Shown here piece after piece: positions 56,501 to 64,000 of a stretch of DNA of 64,000 nucleotides. Made by a program: the position numbers and the translations under genes. How positions within the stretch are numbered: the stretch's first letter is position 1; each line of letters opens with the position of its first letter. The stretch is taken from NCBI GenBank assembly GCA_964057225.1, contig OZ059900.1:3844001-3908000 (forward strand), read 5' to 3'. The notes below the pieces were generated by a model. It saw only the letters and a program-made list of their open reading frames with translations. It was not told the origin of the DNA and made no database searches. This stretch comes from Auanema rhodensis. Its lineage: Eukaryota > Animalia > Nematoda.

Positions 56501-59500
56501 TGATCAAAATTTACGAGTATCACAGATTTTGTACCAAAAATCGGTGAGTATATGGTGTTAAAGGCATAGAAACGACCATACTTAGTGTAGTAATGCTATT
56601 TGAGCGAAATTAAGTGATTTTAACATCACTAGCGTTTAATTGATGACTTTTGTTGTCATAGACAATAAAACTATGCTTTTGATCATATATATGAGCGATT
56701 AACCAAATTGGACTCAAAACTCGGAAATTTCAAAAATTCTTTCTATTTTCGACCTTTTTTGATTAAAATGAATAAATATCAGTGTAAACTCGTAAAAATA
56801 GACTGATTTTGTGTATTGTGTGTTTGATTCTCAAATCTTAACAAATATGATCAAAATTTACAAGTATTACAGATTTTGTACCAAAAATCGGTGAGTATAT
56901 TTTGTTAAAGGCATAAAAACGACCATACTTAGTGTAGTAATGCTATTTAAGCGAAATTCAGTGATTTAAACATCATTTATGTTTAATTAATGACTTTTGT
57001 TGTCATAGACAATAAAACTATGCCTTTGATCATATATATGAGCGATTTATACAAATTGGACTCAAAACTCGGAAAATTCAAAAATTCTGTCTATTTTCGA
57101 CCTTTTTTGATCAAAATGAATAAATATTAGTGCAAACTCATAAAAATAGACTGATTCTGTGTATTGTGTATTTGATTCTCAAATCGTAACAAATATGATC
57201 AAAATTTACGAGTATCACAGAATTTGTACCAAAAATCGGTGAGTATATGGTGTTAAAGGCATAAAAACGACCATACTTAGTGTAGTAATGCTATTTGAGC
57301 GAAATTCAGTGATTTAAACATCATTAGTGTTTAATTAATGACTTTTGTTGTTATAGACGATGAAACTATGATTTTGATCATATATATGAGCGATTTAGCC
57401 AAATTGGACTCAAAACTCGGAAATTTCAAAAATTCTTTCTATTTTCGACCTTTTTTGATCAAAATGAATAAATATCAGTGCAGACACATGAAAATAGACT
57501 GATTCTGTGTATTGTGTGTTTGATTCTCAAATCGTAACAAATATGATCAAAATTTACGAGTATCACAGAATTTGTACCAAAAATCGGTGAGTATATGGTG
57601 TTAAAGGCAAAAAACGACCATACTTAGTGTAGTAATGCTATTTGAGCGAAATTCAGTTATTTAAACATCATTAGTGTTTAATTAATGACTTTTGTTGTTA
57701 TAGACAATAAAACTATGCTTTTGATCGTATATATGAGCGATTTATACAAATTGGACTCAAAACTCGGAAAATTCAAAAATTCTGTCTATTTTCGACCTTT
57801 TTTGATCAAAATGAATAAATATTAGTGCAAACTCATAAAAATAGACTGATTTTGTATATTGTGTGTTTGATTCTCAAATCGTAACAAATATGATCAAAAT
57901 TTACGAGTATCACAGAATTTGTACCAAAAATCGGTGAGTATATGGTGTTAAAGGCAAAAAACGACCATACTTAGTGTAGTAATGCTATTTGAGCGAAATT
58001 CAGTGATTTAAACATTATTAGTGTATATTTGGAGACTTTCGTTATCACAGACAATAAAACTATGCTTTTGATCATAGATATGAGCGATTTAGCCAAATTG
58101 GACTCAAAACTCGGAAAATTCAAAAATTCTTTCTATTTTCGACCTTTTTTGATCAAAATGAATAAATATCAGTGCAAACTTGTAAAAATAGACTGATTTT
58201 GTGTATTGTGTGTTTGATTCTCAAATCTTAACAAATATGATCAAAATTTACAAGTATTACAGATTTTGTACCAAAAATCGGTGAGTATATTTTGTTAAAG
58301 GCATAAAAACGACCATACTTAGTGTAGTAATGCTATTTAAGCGAAATTCAGTGATTTAAACATCATTTATGTTTAATTAATGACTTTTGTTGTCATAGAC
58401 AATAAAACTATGCCTTTGATCATATATATGAGCGATTTATACAAATTGGACTCAAAACTCGGAAAATTCAAAAATTCTGTCTATTTTCGACCTTTTTTGA
58501 TCAAAATGAATAAATATTAGTGCAAACTCATAAAAATAGACTGATTCTGTGTATTGTGTATTTGATTCTCAAATCGTAACAAATATGATCAAAATTTACG
58601 AGTATCACAGAATTTGTACCAAAAATCGGTGAGTATATGGTGTTAAAGGCATAAAAACGACCATACTTAGTGTAGTAATGCTATTTGAGCGAAATTCAGT
58701 GATTTAAACATCATTAGTGTTTAATTAATGACTTTTGTTGTTATAGACGATGAAACTATGATTTTGATCATATATATGAGCGATTTAGCCAAATTGGACT
58801 CAAAACTCGGAAATTTCAAAAATTCTTTCTATTTTCGACCTTTTTTGATCAAAATGAATAAATATCAGTGCAGACACATGAAAATAGACTGATTCTGTGT
58901 ATTGTGTGTTTGATTCTCAAATCGTAACAAATATGATCAAAATTTACGAGTATCACAGAATTTGTACCAAAAATCGGTGAGTATATGGTGTTAAAGGCAA
59001 AAAACGACCATACTTAGTGTAGTAATGCTATTTGAGCGAAATTCAGTTATTTAAACATCATTAGTGTTTAATTAATGACTTTTGTTGTTATAGACAATAA
59101 AACTATGCTTTTGATCGTATATATGAGCGATTTATACAAATTGGACTCAAAACTCGGAAAATTCAAAAATTCTGTCTATTTTCGACCTTTTTTGATCAAA
59201 ATGAATAAATATTAGTGCAAACTCATAAAAATAGACTGATTTTGTATATTGTGTGTTTGATTCTCAAATCGTAACAAATATGATCAAAATTTACGAGTAT
59301 CACAGAATTTGTACCAAAAATCGGTGAGTATATGGTGTTAAAGGCAAAAAACGACCATACTTAGTGTAGTAATGCTATTTGAGCGAAATTCAGTGATTTA
59401 AACATTATTAGTGTATATTTGGAGACTTTCGTTATCACAGACAATAAAACTATGCTTTTGATCATAGATATGAGCGATTTAGCCAAATTGGACTCAAAAC

Positions 59501-62500
59501 TCGGAAAATTCAAAAATTCTTTCTATTTTCGACCTTTTTTGATCAAAATGAATAAATATCAGTGCAAACTTGTAAAAATAGACTTATTCCGTGTATTATG
59601 TGTTTGATTCTCGAATCTTAGCAAATATGATCAAAATTTACAAGTATTACAGATTTTGTACCAAAAATCGGTGAGTATATGGTGTTAGAGGCATAAAAAC
59701 GACCATACTTAGTGTAGTAATGCTTTTTAAGCGAAATTCAGTGATTTAAACATCATTAATGTTTAATTAATGACTTTTGTTGTCATAGACAATAAAACTA
59801 TGCTTTTGATCATATATATGAGCGATTTAGCCGAATTGGACTCAAAACTCGGAAAATTCAAAAATTCTGTCTATTTTCGACCTTTTTTGATCAAAATGAA
59901 TAAATATTAGTGCAAACTCATAAAAATAGACTGATTTGGTGTATTGTGTGTTTGATTCTCAAATCGTAACAAATATGATCAAAATTTACGAGTATCACAG
60001 AATTTGTAACCAAAAATCGGTGAGTATATTTTGTTAAAGGCATAAAAACGACCATACTTAGTGTAGTAATGCTATTTGAGCGAAATTCAGTGATTTAAAC
60101 ATCATTAGTGTTTAATTAATGACTTTCGTTGTCATAGACAATAAAACTATGCTTTTGATCATATATATGAGCGATTTATCCAAATTGGACTCAAAACTCG
60201 GAAAATTCAAAAATTCTTTCTATTTTCGACCTTTTTTGATCAAAATGAATAAATATCAGTGCAAACTCATAAAAATAGACTGATTTTGTGTATTGTGTGT
60301 TTGATTCTCAAATCTTAACAAATATGATCAAAATTTACGAGTATCACAGATTTTGTACCAAAAATCGGTGAGTATATGGTGTTAAAGGCAAAAAACGACC
60401 ATACTTAGTGTAGTAATGCTATTTGAGCGAAATTCAGTGATTTAAACATTATTAGTGTTTAATCAGTGACTTTTGTTGTCATAGAAAATGAAACTATGCT
60501 TTTTATCATGTATATGAGCGATTTAGCCAAATTGGACTCAAAACTCGGAAAATTCAAAAATTCTTTCTATTTTCGACCTTTTTTGATCAAAATGAATAAA
60601 TATCAGTGCAAACCCGTAAAAATATACTGATTTCGGTATTGTGTGTTTGATTCTCGAATCTTACCGAATATGATCGAATTTTACGAGTATTACAGATTTT
60701 GTACCAAAAATCGGTGAGTATATGGTGTTAGAGGCATAAAAACGACCATACTTAGTGTAGTAATGCTATTTGAGCGAAATTCAGTGATTCAAACATCATT
60801 AGTGTTTAATCAATGACTTTTGTTGTCATAGACAATAAAACTATGCTTTTGATCATATATATGAGCGATTAACCAAATTGGACTCAAAACTCGGAAAATT
60901 CAAAAATTCTTTCTATTTTCGACCTTTTTTGATCAAAATGAATAAATATCAGTGCAAACTCATAAAAATAGACTGATTTTGTGTATTGTGTGTTTGATTC
61001 TCAAATCTTAACAAATATGATCAAAATTTACGAGTATCACAGATTTTGTACCAAAAATCGGTGAGTATATGGTGTTAAAGGCAAAAAACGACCATACTTA
61101 GTGTAGTAATGCTATTTGAGCGAAATTCAGTGATTTAAACATTATTAGTGTTTAATCAGTGACTTTTGTTGTCATAGAAAATGAAACTATGCTTTTTATC
61201 ATATATATGAGCGATTTAGCCAAATTGGACTCAAAACTCGGAAAATTCAAAAATTCTTTCTATTTTCGACCTTTTTTGATCAAAATGAATAAATATCAGT
61301 GCAAACCCGTAAAAATATACTGATTTCGGTATTGTGTGTTTGATTCTCGAATCTTACCGAATATGATCGAATTTTACGAGTATTACAGATTTTGTACCAA
61401 AAATCGGTGAGTATATGGTGTTAGAGGCATAAAAACGACCATACTTAGTGTAGTAATGCTATTTGAGCGAAATTCAGTGATTCAAATATCATTAGTGTTT
61501 AATCAATGACTTTTGTTGTCATAGACAATAAAACTATGCTTTTGATCATATATATGAGCGATTAACCAAATTGGACTCAAAACTCGGAAAATTCAAAAAT
61601 TCTTTCTATTTTCGACCTTTTTTGATCAAAATGAATAAATATCAGTGCAAACCCGTAAAAATATACTGATTTCGGTATTGTGTGTTTGATTCTCGAATCT
61701 TACCGAATATGATCAAAATTTACGAGTATCACAGATTTTGTACCAAAAATCGGTGAGTATATGGTGTTAAAGGCATAGAAACGACCATACTTAGTGTAGT
61801 AATGCTATTTGAGCGAAATTAAGTGATTTTAACATCACTAGCGTTTAATTGATGACTTTTGTTGTCATAGACAATAAAACTATGCTTTTGATCATATATA
61901 TGAGCGATTAACCAAATTGGACTCAAAACTCGGAAATTTCAAAAATTCTTTCTATTTTCGACCTTTTTTGATTAAAATGAATAAATATCAGTGTAAACTC
62001 GTAAAAATAGACTGATTTTGTGTATTGTGTGTTTGATTCTCAAATCTTAACAAATATGATCAAAATTTACAAGTATTACAGATTTTGTACCAAAAATCGG
62101 TGAGTATATTTTGTTAAAGGCATAAAAACGACCATACTTAGTGTAGTAATGCTATTTGAGCGAAATTCAGTGATTCAAACATCATTAGTGTTTAATCAAT
62201 GACTTTTGTTGTCATAGACAATAAAACTATGCTTTTGATCATATATATGAGCGATTTAGCCAAATTGGACTCAAAACTCGGAAAATTCAAAAATTCTTTC
62301 TATTTTCGACCTTTTTTGATCAAAATGAATAAATATCAGTGCAAACTCATAAAAATAGACTGATTTTGTGTATTGTGTGTTTGATTCTCAAATCTTAACA
62401 AATATGATCAAAATTTACGAGTATCACAGATTTTGTAACCAAAAATCGGTGAGTATATGGTGTTAAAGGCAAAAAACGACCATACTTAGTGTAGTAATGC

Positions 62501-62870
62501 TATTTGAGCGAAATTCAGTGATTTAAACATTATTAGTGTTTAATCAGTGACTTTTGTTGTCATAGAAAATGAAACTATGCTTTTTATCATATATATGAGC
62601 GATTAACCAAATTGGACTCAAAACTCGGAAATTTCAAAAATTCTTTCTATTTTCGACCTTTTTTGATCAAAATGAATAAATATCAGTGCAGACTCATGAA
62701 AATAGACTGATTTTGTGTATTGTGTGTTTGATTCTCAAATCTTACCGAATATGATCGAATTTTACGAGTATTACAGATTTTGTACCAAAAATCGGTGAGT
62801 ATATGGTGTTAGAGGCATAAAAACGACCATACTTAGTGTAGTAATGGTATTTGAGCGAAATTCAGTGATT
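47600..62870. repeat. 25-monomer (8,681 bp) higher-order repeat, composed of 15+5+5 monomer sub-blocks
   Basis: ORFs 50738/59419 pair at +8681. Private variants ATCATGTATATG (G at 51829/60510) and TCAAATATCA (52801/61482) are also offset by 8681. The marker GGCATAGAAACG occurs at 47882, 53091, 54827, 56563 and 61772, with spacings 5209, 1736, 1736 and 5209. Confidence 0.85.
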
Positions 62871-64000
62871 CAAACATTATTAGTGTTTAATCAATGACTT
62901 TTGTTGTCATAGACAATAAAACTATGCTTTTGATCATATATATGAGCGATTCAGCCAGATAGGACTCAAAACTCGGAAAATTCAAAAATTCTTTCTATTT
63001 TCGACCTTTTTTGATCAAAATGAATAAATATCAGTGCTAACTCGTAAAAATAGACTGATTTTGTGTAATGTTTGTTTGATTCTCGAATCTTAACAAATAT
63101 GATCGAAATTTACGAGTATTACAGATTTTGTACCAAAAATCGGTGAGTATATGGTGTTAAAGGCATAAAAACGACCATACTTAGTGTAGTAATGCTATTT
63201 GAGCGAAATTAAGTGATTTTAACATCACTAGCGTTTAATTGATGACTTTTGTTGTCATAGACAATAAAACTATGCTTTTGATCATATATATGAGCGATTA
63301 ACCAAATTGGACTCAAAACTCGGAAATTTCAAAAATTCTTTCTATTTTCGACCTTTTTTGATCAAAATGAATAAATATCAGTGCAGACTCATGAAAATAG
63401 ACTGATTTTGTGTATTGTGTGTTTGATTCTCAAATCTTAACGAATATGATCAAAATTTACAAGTATTACAGATTTTGTACCAAAAATCGGTGAGTATATT
63501 TTGTTAAAGGCATAAAAACGACCATACTTAGTGTAGTAATGCTATTTGAGCGAAATTCAGTGATTTAAACATCATTAGTGTTTAATTAATGACTTTTGTT
63601 GTCATAGACAATAAAACTATGCTTTTGATCATATATATGAGTGATTTAGCCAAATTGGACTCAAAACTCGGAAAATTCAAAAATTCTTTCTATTTTCGAC
63701 CTTTTTTGATCAAAATGAATAAATATCAGTGCAAACCCGTAAAAATATACTGATTTCGGTATTGTGTGTTTGATTCTCGAATCTTACCGAATATGATCAA
63801 AATTTACGAGTATCACAGATTTTGTACCAAAAATCGGTGAGTATATGGTGTTAAAGGCATAGAAACGACCATACTTAGTGTAGTAATGCTATTTGAGCGA
63901 AATTAAGTGATTTTAACATCACTAGCGTTTAATTGATGACTTTTGTTGTCATAGACAATAAAACTATGCTTTTGATCATATATATGAGCGATTAACCAAA

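Larger units (their letters stand above)
27155..64000. repeat. Tandem satellite DNA array, 347-348 bp monomer (right arm; continues beyond window end)
   Basis: The same monomer resumes in exact register after the transposon (TATATGAGCGATTCAGCC from 27155) and runs to the window end in the same orientation. Confidence 0.99.

Noticed and set aside
945-59607. About 40 near-identical 60-67 aa ORFs (MTFVVIDNKTMLLIIYMSDL...) as a tandem gene family
   Set aside because: They are one frame of the satellite monomer that passes the 60 aa cut-off only when a TGA happens to be TTA or TCA. Most monomers have stops or 1 bp frameshifts, several starts are GTG or TTG, and no domain is recognisable.
1-64000. 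CRISPR array or other repeat-spacer system
   Set aside because: The whole 348 bp unit is repeated with no unique spacers, and there are no cas or other accessory genes.

Overview
This window is eukaryotic satellite DNA. About 62.7 kb is one uninterrupted head-to-tail array of an AT-rich 347-348 bp monomer (~180 copies, ~28% GC by hand count of monomer 1). The array is organised into local, shifting higher-order repeats (3-, 4-, 5-, 6-, 8-, 11-, 13-, 15- and 25-monomer offsets). The only non-satellite sequence is a 1,303 bp Tc1/mariner-superfamily DNA transposon (25852-27154). It has perfect 30 bp terminal inverted repeats, a TA target-site duplication and an intact, intronless 345 aa DD37D (maT-type) transposase on the minus strand. 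It sits in the central TA of a CATATATATG palindrome present in most monomers. It occupies only one copy of a near-identical 13-monomer tandem duplication, and the empty site is preserved 4,520 bp upstream, so it is very young. The ~40 short 60-67 aa ORFs are chance readings of the monomer. I found no host gene, RNA gene, CRISPR array or convincing novel multi-gene system. All comparisons were made by eye and from ORF-track offsets, not by alignment software.
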